Below the pieces are notes generated by a model, which saw nothing but the letters and a program-made list of their open reading frames with translations, did no database searches and was not told the origin of the DNA. Positions 9,901 to 20,252 of a stretch of 64,000 nt of DNA are shown here, piece by piece. The translations under genes and the position numbers were made by a program. The first letter of the stretch is position 1. Each line of letters starts with the position of its first letter. Origin of the DNA: an uncultured Gemmatimonadaceae bacterium (GTDB lineage: Bacteria > Gemmatimonadota > Gemmatimonadetes > Gemmatimonadales > Gemmatimonadaceae); contig CAWHHI010000016.1 of the NCBI GenBank assembly GCA_963829055.1, forward strand, positions 1,056,001-1,120,000, read 5' to 3'.

Positions 9901-11023
9901 CGGCAACCGTGAGTCCGAGATCGAGCGCGACGTGCGTGAAACCATACCCGCGCGCGACCTCGAGCACCGCGGTTCGCGTCCGCGGGTCCACGAGCCGATC
10001 GCCCTCCACCTGCTTCGCACCGGTCAGCACGGCCAGGCGTTGTCGACCCTCGACCTCGAATGCAAAGCCCAAACGCTGCAGCTCACGCGTGAGGCCAGCG
10101 GGATCGCCTGAATCGACACTCGATCGCGCACGCACGAGCGGCTCGGCAACGACTCCTCCGAGCACATTCAGCGATCCGGATCGAAAGCCACGGACGTCGA
10201 GCGCGACGCGGTCGAACCCGGCCGAGCGTACAGCGACTCGCAGTCGATCGCGTGCGCTCGCCTCGAGCCACCCGTTCAATGCATCGGCCGCGATCTCGAT
10301 GCGCGCCAGATCGCCGTGATAGCGAACGCGCAGATCACCGATCACGCCCGCGTGGCGCAGTGCACGCTCGGCCACTTCGACCTGGCGCAGCCGATCGATC
10401 GTCACCGCAGTTCCGTACGGAATGCGAGAAGACAGGCATGGCGACGCGGGTTGCGACCACGTGGGGATACCGCGCGCGCGCGACAAGCGACGGATCGCGG
10501 CTTTCGTGAAGCCAAGCTCCGCGAGTGGAGAGCGCACGGCGTGTTCAGCGGCCGCGCGAGCACCGGGCCGGTGATCGCCTAGGTCGTCGGCGTTCGTGCC
10601 GTCGACCACTACCGCGAGATCGCGATCGCGAGCGATGGGCGCCAGCGTGTCCCAAAGCTCGGTCTTGCAGAAGTAGCATCGGTTCGAGGGATTCGCCGCG
10701 TACCGCGGATCGCTCACTTCGTCGGTGTTCACCTCGAGCACGGGAATGTCGAAGCTCAGCGCGACTTCGCGCGCGCGCTCCCACTGCTCCGCGGGATATG
10801 ACGCGCTGCGTCCGATGACGGCGAGCACTCGCTCGGCTCCGAGCGCATCGACGGCGACGCATGCGAGATACGCCGAGTCGACGCCGCCGCTGAAGCCGAT
10901 CAGCGCGGAGCCATGGTCACGGAACCACGCGGCAAGCCGCGCCTCCGCCTCACGGTCGTCCGTCGAAGGCGATTCGATGTCAGGGCGTTCGACGTCCACC
11001 ACCACTGCGCGCGACTGCGTCAT
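9878..11023 (-). CDS. larE: ATP-dependent sulfur transferase LarE (PP-loop), with C-terminal extension
   Basis: FSGGVDS PP-loop, NPSNRCYFCK, DGTNADDLGDHRPG, SPLAELGFTK, SPCLSSRIPYG, LRVRYHGDLARIE, GFRSGSLN. Confidence 0.9.
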   Translation of the reverse strand: MTQSRAVVVDVERPDIESPSTDDREAEARLAAWFRDHGSALIGFSGGVDSAYLACVAVDALGAERVLAVIGRSASYPAEQWERAREVALSFDIPVLEVNTDEVSDPRYAANPSNRCYFCKTELWDTLAPIARDRDLAVVVDGTNADDLGDHRPGARAAAEHAVRSPLAELGFTKAAIRRLSRARGIPTWSQPASPCLSSRIPYGTAVTIDRLRQVEVAERALRHAGVIGDLRVRYHGDLARIEIAADALNGWLEASARDRLRVAVRSAGFDRVALDVRGFRSGSLNVLGGVVAEPLVRARSSVDSGDPAGLTRELQRLGFAFEVEGRQRLAVLTGAKQVEGDRLVDPRTRTAVLEVARGYGFTHVALDLGLTVADAAIHRG

Positions 11024-11032
11024 GCGGAGAAG

Positions 11033-13105
11033 TTAGTCCGCGCGTGGAATGCGCGGCACTCGACGCGACGACGCGCCGCGAATCGACACGGCGTGCTCTC
11101 CGGTCGTCGGCCGAGCGTCGGGTACGAGCTCGCGCTCGATGCCGCGGAGCGTGCTGGTATTCTCCTCGTTGACACCGAACTCCGCCGCCGCCTGCGCCAG
11201 ATGGGCGCGCCGAACGCGGACGATGCGGCCGAGCGCCTCGCACCCATCGGGAGTAACGCCGAGGTGCCAACCGCGCCTCTCGCTGCCGTTGGACGACGCG
11301 ACGAACCCGCGAGCCGACAGCTCGTCGATCGCATTCGAGATGCGTGAGGCGTCGATCGCGTGCGTGGCACCGAGCGTGGCGGGATCGACGCCGGGCTCTT
11401 GCTCGAGCCTCACGAGTAGCCACGCCGCGGCGGGTGTGAGGTCCACCTGCGCTTCGGCCGCGATCTGTCGGAGATAGCGGACCTGCGCCTCACGACTCGC
11501 GAGCGAGGCCAGACCTCGACGCAATTCCGCCAGCGAGTCGGGCGTTACGGGCATCGCGAAGGCTTCGCCGACTTTGCCGGTCGTCTCCGCCGAGAGCGTC
11601 GCACGCAGTGGACGCTCGGGAAGCAACAGCGCGAGCAGGAATCCGAGGAGTGCCACCGTCGTCGCGACGAGGAACACCGTCGACAGCGATGATGCGAACG
11701 CCTGCGCGTACGCGGCGCGGACCGATGGAGAGAGAGACGCGAGCATCCGCGTCGTGATTTCCGCGCCACTCGGCGGCGCACCCGATGCGCTCGCGGGAAC
11801 GAGTCGACCGAGCTCGCCAGCGAGACGCGCGCCGAAGATGGCGCCGAGGACCGCGGTGCCGACCGACCCGCCGATCAACCGAAACAGCGTCGCGCCCGAG
11901 GTAGCAACACCCAGGTCCCCGTAGTCGACCGCGTTCTGCACCGCGATCACGAGCACCTGCATCACCATGCCGAGCCCCAGGCCCATGACGAGCATGATGC
12001 CTGACGCGGCGAGCGTGCTCGTTTGCGGCGTCATGTGCGACAGCAGGAAGAGGCCGATCGTCATCACCGCCGTGCCGATCACGGGGAAGATCTTGTAGCG
12101 CCCGGTGCGACTGATGATCTGCCCCGAGGAGATCGAGCTGACGAGCATGCCGCCCATCATCGGCAGCATCTGCAATCCCGACCCGGTCGGCGTCGCGTTC
12201 TTCGCGACCTGCAGGAACAGCGGGAGATACGTCACCGATCCGAACAGCGCGAACCCGACAATGAACCCGACACTCGACGTCACGGTGAACGCGCGATTCC
12301 CGAACAGGCGGAGCGGCAACACCGGCTCTGCGGCTCGGCGTTCGACGACGAGAAAGCCAATGGTCGCGACGATCGCCGCAGCGATCAGTGAGATCGTGAA
12401 CGGCGACGACCAGCTGTATGTGGTGCCGCCAAGATCGGCCAGCAGCACGACTGAGCTGAGCGCCACCGCGAGCAGCGATGCGCCCACGTAGTCGATCGCG
12501 TGACGCACGCGCTCCGTGCGCGATGGCAGCGTGAACGCGAGCACCGCGAGCGCGATCGCACCGAGTGGCAGGTTGATGTAGAAGATCCAGCGCCACGACA
12601 GATGCGTCGTGAAGTAGCCTCCGAGCAGCGGCCCGGCGACGCTCGAAACGCCGAAGACTGCTCCGAAGATCCCCTGGTAGCGACCGCGCTCTCTTGGCGG
12701 GACGATATCGCCCACGATGGCCTGCGTGGTGACCATGAGGCCACCGCCCCCAAGTCCCTGGATCGCGCGGTAGATGATGAGCTGTGTCATGTTCTGGCTC
12801 GCGCCGCAGAGCATCGAGCCAACGAGGAACAACACGATCCCGCCCTGCATCACACCCTTGCGTCCGTACAGATCGCCGAGCTTTCCGTACAGCGGCGTTA
12901 CGACGGTTTGCGCGAGCAGATAGGCCGTCACGACCCACGAGAGATGCGCGAGGCCTCCGAGCTCGCCGACGATCGTCGGCAAGGCGGTGGACACAATGGT
13001 CGAGTCGAGCGCCGCGAGCAGCATCGCGAGCACGAGGCCGCTGAATACGACGAGGACCTGCTTGTGCGTTACGGGTACTGTGGGCGGGCTGGCGACTGCG
13101 GTCAT
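11033..13105 (-). CDS. DHA2 (EmrB/QacA) 14-TM MFS efflux transporter fused to a C-terminal MarR-like wHTH domain
   Basis: [37 protein letters not shown]-terminus [12 protein letters not shown]...[14 protein letters not shown]...LGVTPDG. Confidence 0.9.
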   Translation of the reverse strand: MTAVASPPTVPVTHKQVLVVFSGLVLAMLLAALDSTIVSTALPTIVGELGGLAHLSWVVTAYLLAQTVVTPLYGKLGDLYGRKGVMQGGIVLFLVGSMLCGASQNMTQLIIYRAIQGLGGGGLMVTTQAIVGDIVPPRERGRYQGIFGAVFGVSSVAGPLLGGYFTTHLSWRWIFYINLPLGAIALAVLAFTLPSRTERVRHAIDYVGASLLAVALSSVVLLADLGGTTYSWSSPFTISLIAAAIVATIGFLVVERRAAEPVLPLRLFGNRAFTVTSSVGFIVGFALFGSVTYLPLFLQVAKNATPTGSGLQMLPMMGGMLVSSISSGQIISRTGRYKIFPVIGTAVMTIGLFLLSHMTPQTSTLAASGIMLVMGLGLGMVMQVLVIAVQNAVDYGDLGVATSGATLFRLIGGSVGTAVLGAIFGARLAGELGRLVPASASGAPPSGAEITTRMLASLSPSVRAAYAQAFASSLSTVFLVATTVALLGFLLALLLPERPLRATLSAETTGKVGEAFAMPVTPDSLAELRRGLASLASREAQVRYLRQIAAEAQVDLTPAAAWLLVRLEQEPGVDPATLGATHAIDASRISNAIDELSARGFVASSNGSERRGWHLGVTPDGCEALGRIVRVRRAHLAQAAAEFGVNEENTSTLRGIERELVPDARPTTGEHAVSIRGASSRRVPRIPRAD

Positions 13106-13232
13106 TCCAATGCGGCGGACGAAGGAGCGCGCACTCACGGCTCGCGTCCGCGTAGCCCAGTGCGTCAGGGACCTCCTGCAAAGCAAGATGAGTGCTGCGT
13201 GGGATTCCAAACGCAGGAGCCTGTCTCTGGAA

Positions 13233-14861
13233 TCACACAGCGGCACGAGGCACGTTCGTGGCAGGTCCGGTTGCCGGACCACTCGTGGTGCCCGACACAT
13301 CGGGCTCTCGCAACTCGAGTGGGCGGTACCGCAGCGCTTCCGCCACGTGCGTCCACGCGACCGCCGCTGAGTCGTCGAGGTCGGCGATGGTGCGCGCCAC
13401 CTTGAGCACGCGATGATACGCCACGCGCCGAAAGCCCACTGCGCTCGGCAGCGGACGCGAGCAGATCGCGAGCGTCGGCGTCAACGGGCGTGCGCGTGTC
13501 GAGCCAACGACCCGCCGCGTGTGCATTGCAGCGGACGCGCGAGACGCCACGGTACCGTGCGCGTTGGCGTGCCCGCGCGCGCTCCACACGCATGCGTACC
13601 GCCGCGGACGGTTCCCCACCGTCCTTGCGCCCGAGATCGCGCAGCGGGACAGCCGAGAGTCGGACCTGCATGTCGATGCGGTCTGCCAGCGGACCAGAGA
13701 GACGGGACTGATGGTGCGCGATCTCCGACGACGCGCACGCGCATCCGCCACGCGGGTCCCCCGCTCGGCCACACGGACACGGGTTCATCGCTCCGATGAG
13801 CGTGAACTGCGCGGGGAACGTGACCGCCGTCGCCGCGCGCGCGATCATAACGCGGCCATCCTCGAGCGGCTGACGCAGCGCGTCGAGCACGTGGCGCGGG
13901 ATCTCCTGCAACTCGTCGAGGAACAGCACGCCGTGGTGGGCGAGGCTCACCTCGCCGGGTCGCGGATTGCTGCCTCCGCCAATGAGCCCAGCGGCAGAGA
14001 GCGTGTGGTGCGGGGCGCGGAATGGCCGTCGGACGGACGCAACGCCGTTTGGCGGGAGGAGACCGGCGACAGAGTGGATCGCGACCACCTCGAGCGCTTC
14101 CTCTTCGGTGAGCGCCGGAAGAATGGTGGGCAGGCGCCGTGCGAGCATGGTCTTCCCCGCGCCTGGCGGCCCGATCATGAGCAGCGCGTGCGCGCCGGCC
14201 GCGGCGATTTCCAGCGCTCGTTTCGCGACGTCCTGTCCGATGACCTCCGCGAGATCCACCGTATCCGCCAGCGGTCCGATGCCGCGCGTCGTCAACGGAT
14301 GCGACTGGCGGGAGCAGGCGACCACTGTTGAGCTGCGCGACTACGTCCGCGAGCGTAGTCGGCGCACACAGCGCCAATCGAGACACCAGTGACGCTTCTG
14401 CCACGTTAGGCGGCGGCAGGATCAGCGTGACAGGAGCGGCGCGTTGTCTTTTGTCCGCGTCCTGGTCCACTGCCGGCCAGGCGCCTCGCGACCGACAGCG
14501 TGCCGCGAACCGGCCGCAGCATCCCGTCCAACCCAAGCTCGCCAACGGCGACGACGGACGCGAGCGCGTCGGCGTCGATCTGGCCGGTCGCGGCGAGGAA
14601 GCCTAACGCCACGGGGAGATCGAATGCCGTCCCCTCTTTACGGACATCACCGGGCGCGAGATTTATTGTTACGCGCCGCGGTGGCACCATGAAGCCGGAG
14701 TTCACGAGCGCGGCGCTCACCCGCTCTCGACTCTCTTTCACGGCTCCCGCGGGCAGCCCGACGATCGTCCAGCCGGGCAACCCCAACGCGACATCGACCT
14801 CCACGAGAACATCGTAGGCGTCGATGCCGAGTACGGCGGCGGAGCGGACGGCGGCGAGCAT
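13233..14861 (-). CDS. comM: YifB/ComM family Mg-chelatase-like AAA+ ATPase (several frameshifts)
   Basis: [95 protein letters not shown]...EALRYR, spread over three frames. Confidence 0.93.
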
Positions 14862-14908
14862 GGGGTGATAGTAGCGCGCCGTGCGATGACTCCCGCCATC
14901 GAAACAAC

Positions 14909-14937
14909 GCGGGCCGGGGCATCATGCCCCGGCCCGC
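14909..14937 (-). terminator. Probable intrinsic terminator after the SMP-30-like gene
   Basis: GCGGGCCGGGGCAT-C-ATGCCCCGGCCCGC hairpin, followed on the minus strand by GTTGTTTC. Confidence 0.6.
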
Positions 14938-14991
14938 CCTGTGAACGCCAACGATCCGCTGATCTCTGCCAGACGCGGAGATCAGCGCCCG

Positions 14992-16022
14992 CTACGGAAC
15001 CTTCACCACCGACACGGTGAACGGCAGCATCGGCGTCAGTCCCGGGCGCGCGCCGGTCGAACTGCGAGTTCACCACGAGCAGACGTCCGCGTGCGCCGAC
15101 GAGCGACGTCGGGTACATGAACGACGGATCCGTCGTCTGGCTCACGAGCGTGCCGCTCGCCTGGTTCTGCTGCAGACGGATTTCGTTGATGGTCTCCTGC
15201 TGGTTCTGCAGGACGTACAGCGAGTTGCCCTGAAGCCACAAGCCATCCGCGTTAGGGAACACTCTGCCGCCGACGTCGACCTGGACGATCTCCTTCGTCG
15301 CGATCTCGATGCGATAGATCTTGCCCGTGTTCGACTGAACCGTGAACAGGTACCTGTCGTTCTGCGAGACGACGATCCCGTTCAGATTGAACTGGCCGGG
15401 GGTGTACACGATCGGCGTGCCCGTGAGCGTGAGCCATCGCTCGAGTGTGTAGCCACCCGCACCGTTCGGCACGACGCGGTAGATGACCGGACTCTGCGAG
15501 TCGGTCACGTAGCCGACTCCATTCCTGGTCGACGGCAATGTCGTTGATGAACGTCGGCGACGACCCGCCCGAGAGCCGCGCGAGGAGCGCACCCGTGAGC
15601 TCGTCGTAGACGAACACCTGACCAGTGCCGCCGCCGGCCACGAACAGATGACCTTCGTTGTCGACCTCGAGTCCGATCGCCGTCGTCCGACCGTCGGCGC
15701 CACCCGCGAGAAACGGCGTCAGCGTTTCGTCGCTCGACTGTCCACGAAAGATCGTCCCGTCTGTCGTGCTGCTGACGAACACGAGGCCCGTGCGCTCATC
15801 GTACGCGATGCCTTCGGGAAAGACGCTCGAGCCCGGAAGCACATAACGAGTCGGCAGTGGGCCGCCACCGTGAGTCGAGCTCTTCGCGAGTGATGCGGTG
15901 AGTGGCGCGTCCGGCGCGGTCGTGGGCCGATCGCAGGCGGCGAACGCCGCGACGGCACCGAGAGTGAATGCGCGTGCGAATGCGCGAGCAACGGGCTGAC
16001 GGTTCACGAACACGACTGACAT
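14992..16022 (-). CDS. Exported SMP-30/gluconolactonase-like beta-propeller lipoprotein (frameshifts near 15525 and 15035)
   Basis: Lipobox-like FAAC; VFPEGIAYD, FINDIAVD, YVTDSQSP, FNLNGIV, PNADGL, PTSL, VVNSQFD repeats of this propeller family. Confidence 0.75.
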
Positions 16023-16175
16023 GCGAGCCTCCGCGTAAACGGTGCAACACTGATGCGGCCACCGTCGATGGCCGGGCGCCACCGTGACGCCGCGGCGGAG
16101 CGTCCGCAGGTTGCACGCCAACGACCGGCGGAGTCGCGAATTCCTTGCGACCGCGACGCCATGCGCGCAGCGTGC

Positions 16176-17168
16176 TCAGCGAATGTGCAGGAGGTGAATG
16201 ATGCCGATGCCGAGCACGACCAACACCAGCAGCGATAGCGACACCGCGCCGATCACTCGCGAACCCGCCTTCGCCACGGTGCGCACGTCGGCGCTCAAAC
16301 CGAGCGCCGCCATCGCGATGATCGTGAGGTTCGTCGACACCACGCGCGTTGGCGCGACCCAGCTCGATGGCACCGCACCGCCCGCACGTAACGCCGCGAG
16401 CACGAGAAACCCGACAATGAACCAGGGCACGAGCTTCGTGAGCGACGGGGCGCGACCGAATCCACTACCCGAGCGGAGTGCGAAGAACAGCACCACGGGG
16501 CCGAGCATCAACACGCGCACGAGCTTCACGAGCGTGGCGACATCACCAGACAGGACGCTCACGGGAAACGCCGCGGCCAGCACCTGCGGCACAGCATACA
16601 CCGTGAGACCGGCAAGGACGCCGTACTGGTAATTCGTTAGGCCCAACGGGTGAATGAGCAGCGGCAGACCGAGCACGACGATCACGCCGAGGATCGCGGT
16701 GAACGCGATGGACGACGCGACATCCTCGGCATTCGCACCGATGACAGGCGCCACCGCGGCGATCGCCGAGTTTCCACAGATGGCATTGCCGGTCGCGACG
16801 AGGATCGCCAGCCTCGGTCGCAGCCCGAGCGCACGTGCGATGAGAACGCCGACGCCGAGTCCGACGACGACGATCCCGACGATGGCAACGGCCAGCGCGG
16901 GGCCAGCGCGAATCAGCAGCGGCAGGTCAACCGACACGCCGAGCAGCACGATCGACAGCTCGAGCAGTTCCTTCCCCGCGAACCGGATGCCCGGCTCGAA
17001 CACGGCACTCGGCCGCCAGACGAACCGCACGATCATACCGAGCAGCAGCGCAACGACGAGCGCCTCGATCACGGGATGCCCGAGGACGCGCGTCTCACCC
17101 GTGGCGACCGCGATGGACGCGACGGCCACGAGCGCCGCCACCAGTACGCCGGCGGGAAGTCGCCTCAA
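16176..17168 (-). CDS. YeiH/UPF0324 putative sulfate exporter family membrane protein
   Basis: LLELSIVLLG, GNAICGNSAIAAVAPVI, GLTVYAVPQVLAA, KLVRVLMLGP, IAMAALGL. Start codon uncertain. Confidence 0.88.
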   Translation of the reverse strand: MRRLPAGVLVAALVAVASIAVATGETRVLGHPVIEALVVALLLGMIVRFVWRPSAVFEPGIRFAGKELLELSIVLLGVSVDLPLLIRAGPALAVAIVGIVVVGLGVGVLIARALGLRPRLAILVATGNAICGNSAIAAVAPVIGANAEDVASSIAFTAILGVIVVLGLPLLIHPLGLTNYQYGVLAGLTVYAVPQVLAAAFPVSVLSGDVATLVKLVRVLMLGPVVLFFALRSGSGFGRAPSLTKLVPWFIVGFLVLAALRAGGAVPSSWVAPTRVVSTNLTIIAMAALGLSADVRTVAKAGSRVIGAVSLSLLVLVVLGIGIIHLLHIR

Positions 17169-17208
17169 CGCGCTGCCGGGTCGAGCACGACTCGGTGCGA
17201 GCGTGTAC

Positions 17209-18391
17209 TCACGCCGCGCGACGCGCACGTCGCGCGCGACCAACCTCCAGCGCCGCGGGCGCACGCCACAGTCGCACCAGCGTCACCTCGGGCAACGCCC
17301 CGATGCGGAACGGAATACCCCAGTAGCCGGTGCCCGGATTGATGTAGAGCAGCGATCCCTGTTCGCGGTAGGCGCCCATCGCATGCTTGAGGAACGGTGA
17401 CGCGAGACTCCACCCGAGCGACGGCAATGCGAACTGTCCCCAGTGCGTGTGGCCGCTGAGGGTGAGTGCGACGCCGCGTTTGGCGAGTGCTGGCCAGAGA
17501 GCGGGATTGTGCGCGAGCGCGATCACGGTTGCCCCGTTAGGCGCCCCGGCCAGTGTCCGGTCGACGTCGGGCGCCCCTCCGCTCTGCCCACGACGGCCAC
17601 CCGCCGGATCACCCGTACCAGCAAGAACGAGCGTCGCGTCGCCACGCTGAATGATGTGCGCCTCGTTGACCAACAGCCGCGCGGGCACGTCGCTGCGGAG
17701 GCGGCGTTCGACCGCTTCCCATCCGGCGTACACGTCGTGGTTGCCGGGGATCATGAACACGCCGAGCGGTGCGGTGAGCTGGCCGAGCGCGGACGCGTAC
17801 GATGCGACATCCTCTGCCCTGTCGTCGACGAGGTCGCCAGTGACGGCAATGACGTCCGGCGCAAGACCGCGAATGGTGCTCGACGACCCGTTCGAGAAAC
17901 CGACGCGACGTGTGCGGCCCGACGTGAAGATCCGAGACCTGAGCGATGGACAGTCCGTCGAACTCCGCCGGCAGATCGGGAATCGACGCGTCCACTTCTC
18001 GCACGACGAGTTGCTTGGAACCGAGGTAGCCGGCGATCAGCAACGTGCCAACGACGGTCAGAACGATGCCAGCGGCGATGCGCCCGCCAAGAAGCGGGAA
18101 TCCGAAGATCGCGCCCACCAGCACGCCGACCGTCGATCCGATACCGATCAGCGGCAACATGAGCTGCGTGTACCAGAACGGGCGGACCACCAGCAGGCGG
18201 AATGCCGCGTTAGGGTAGAACGGCCAGCCACGCCAGCGCGCGAACGCGGCGACCGGCAGCGTCGTGTAGAGTGCGAGCGCGACCACCACGAAGACGGCGT
18301 GCGGGAACAGACCGTTCGCCAGCACGCCGATAGTGAGCCAACAGGCCGCGAGGTAAAGCCCAACGCGCGCCGCGATGACCATTGGTTTCAT
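17209..18391 (-). CDS. Membrane-anchored calcineurin-like metallophosphoesterase (YkuE/YaeI-like; frameshift near 17875)
   Basis: N-terminal TMs, then SDLH, TGDLVD, PGNHD, LAHNP, SGHTHWGQ, YINPGTG motifs. Confidence 0.88.
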
Positions 18392-18477
18392 GCCCGAAAG
18401 CTAACCGCTCTGGTCATGGCCGCACTCGGCCCAAAGGCCGACTGGTCGAGGCCTGCTACCAGGCTGCTACCCGGCCG

Positions 18478-20142
18478 TTACCGTGTCGGCGGCGCGGTCG
18501 GTTGCTCCTGAAACCGTTCACGGAACCGCTCGCGAAGCACGGCCTTGAGATACTTGCCAGTCCCCGACCGAGGGATCGATTCGACGAGCACGACGTCATC
18601 CGGCAGACACCACTTTACGAAATTGGGCGCGAGGTGCGCACGCACGGACTCGAGCGTCGGCGTGCAGCCCGCGCGGGGGACGATCACGGCGAGCGGCCGC
18701 TCGTCCCATTTCGCGTGCGGTACGGCGATCACGACGGCTTCGGCTACGTCCGGGTGCGACAGGAGCGCGCCTTCGAGCGCGACGCTGCTGATCCATTCGC
18801 CACCCGACTTCACGAGGTCCTTGGCCCGATCCTGAATCGTTATGCAGCCCCGACCATCGATCGTGACGATGTCGCCGGTTCGAAACCAGCCATCATCGGT
18901 GAATCGATCGGCAGACTCCGGCGCGTCGTAGTACGACGCCGCCACCCACGGACCACGGACCTCGAGCTCGCCCATCGTCTCGCCATCCCATTCGGTGAGC
19001 ACACCATCGTCGCGGCGAGCGCGAATCTCGACGAATGGCAGCGGGAGCCCTGCCTTCGCTCGATACGCGAACTGCGCATCGCTCGGCGAGTCCGCAAGGT
19101 CGCTCGGAACCTTGCTCACCGACGCGACGGGACTCGTTTCCGTCATGCCCCAGCCCTGGTTGATGTGCAGGCCGTGGCGGTTCTGAAATGCGCGAATGAG
19201 CGGCTCGGGAACCGGCGCCCCACCAACCAGCATCGATCTGAGCGGCGTTAGGTCGTGACGCGTCGGATTGGCGTCGAGGTACTGAAGAATTCCGAGCCAG
19301 ATCGTCGGCACGCCGGCCGTCATCGTGACGCGCTCGCGCTCGAACAGATCCACCAGGCTCGCCGCATCCAGGTGCGGTCCGGGCATCACCTGCCGTGCCC
19401 CGATCATTGCAGCGCTGAACGGCAGGCCCCATGCATTCGCGTGAAACATGGGGACTACCGCGAGCACGGTGTCGCGCTCCGTGAGGCCGGTGACATCGGA
19501 AATGAGCGTGCCGAGCGTGTGCAGGCACAGGGAGCGATGCGAGTATAGCACGCCCTTGGGCCGCCCCGTCGTCCCCGATGTGTAGCACATCATCGCCGCG
19601 TCCGACTCGGCCAACTCGGGATAGGCGTAGGACGGGTCGCCGGATGCGACAACGGCCTCGTAGTCCAGCGCACCGTCCGGAACCGGAATTGGAGTGCCGG
19701 TGTCATCTCGCACGACGATGACGTGCCGGAATGGCGTGCGTCCCCTCAGCTGTTCGGCCAGCGGGACGAGCGACTGGTCGACGATGAGCGCGACGTCGCC
19801 CGCATGGGTCGCGATGTACGCGAGCTCGTCGGGGTGCAGCCGCAGGTTCAGCGTGTGGAGCACGGCGCCGGACGACGGTACGCCGAAGTACGCCTCGAGA
19901 TGCCGCAGGTGATTCCAGCACAACGTGGCCACACGGTCGCCACGTCCGATGCCGAGCTGTTCCAACCCCGACGCGAGGCGACGTGCTCGGCCGAGGGCTT
20001 CGCCGTACGTCGATCGCTCGAGCGTCTTGTCTACGCGGCGCGAGACGATCTCCTTGTGCCGGAACATCGACTCCGTCCGGCGGAGCATGGCAGTGATGGT
20101 CAGCGGATAGTCCATCATGAGGCCGTCCATGCATACCTCCAA
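18478..20142 (-). CDS. Medium/long-chain fatty-acid--CoA ligase (AlkK/DmdB-like)
   Basis: YTSGTTGRPKG, PMFHANAWGLP, WGMTETSP, WFRTGD, DRAKDLVKSGGEWISS. Confidence 0.93.
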   Translation of the reverse strand: MEVCMDGLMMDYPLTITAMLRRTESMFRHKEIVSRRVDKTLERSTYGEALGRARRLASGLEQLGIGRGDRVATLCWNHLRHLEAYFGVPSSGAVLHTLNLRLHPDELAYIATHAGDVALIVDQSLVPLAEQLRGRTPFRHVIVVRDDTGTPIPVPDGALDYEAVVASGDPSYAYPELAESDAAMMCYTSGTTGRPKGVLYSHRSLCLHTLGTLISDVTGLTERDTVLAVVPMFHANAWGLPFSAAMIGARQVMPGPHLDAASLVDLFERERVTMTAGVPTIWLGILQYLDANPTRHDLTPLRSMLVGGAPVPEPLIRAFQNRHGLHINQGWGMTETSPVASVSKVPSDLADSPSDAQFAYRAKAGLPLPFVEIRARRDDGVLTEWDGETMGELEVRGPWVAASYYDAPESADRFTDDGWFRTGDIVTIDGRGCITIQDRAKDLVKSGGEWISSVALEGALLSHPDVAEAVVIAVPHAKWDERPLAVIVPRAGCTPTLESVRAHLAPNFVKWCLPDDVVLVESIPRSGTGKYLKAVLRERFRERFQEQPTAPPTR

Positions 20143-20252
20143 CCGGGGGTGGCCAGGATCGTTGGGAAGTCACCAACCTGCCGCCGCTCACGCATCCTGT
20201 AAAGCTCGATCCGACCCCTCAGGGCGCCGACACTCCGTCGTCCTATTCGAGC

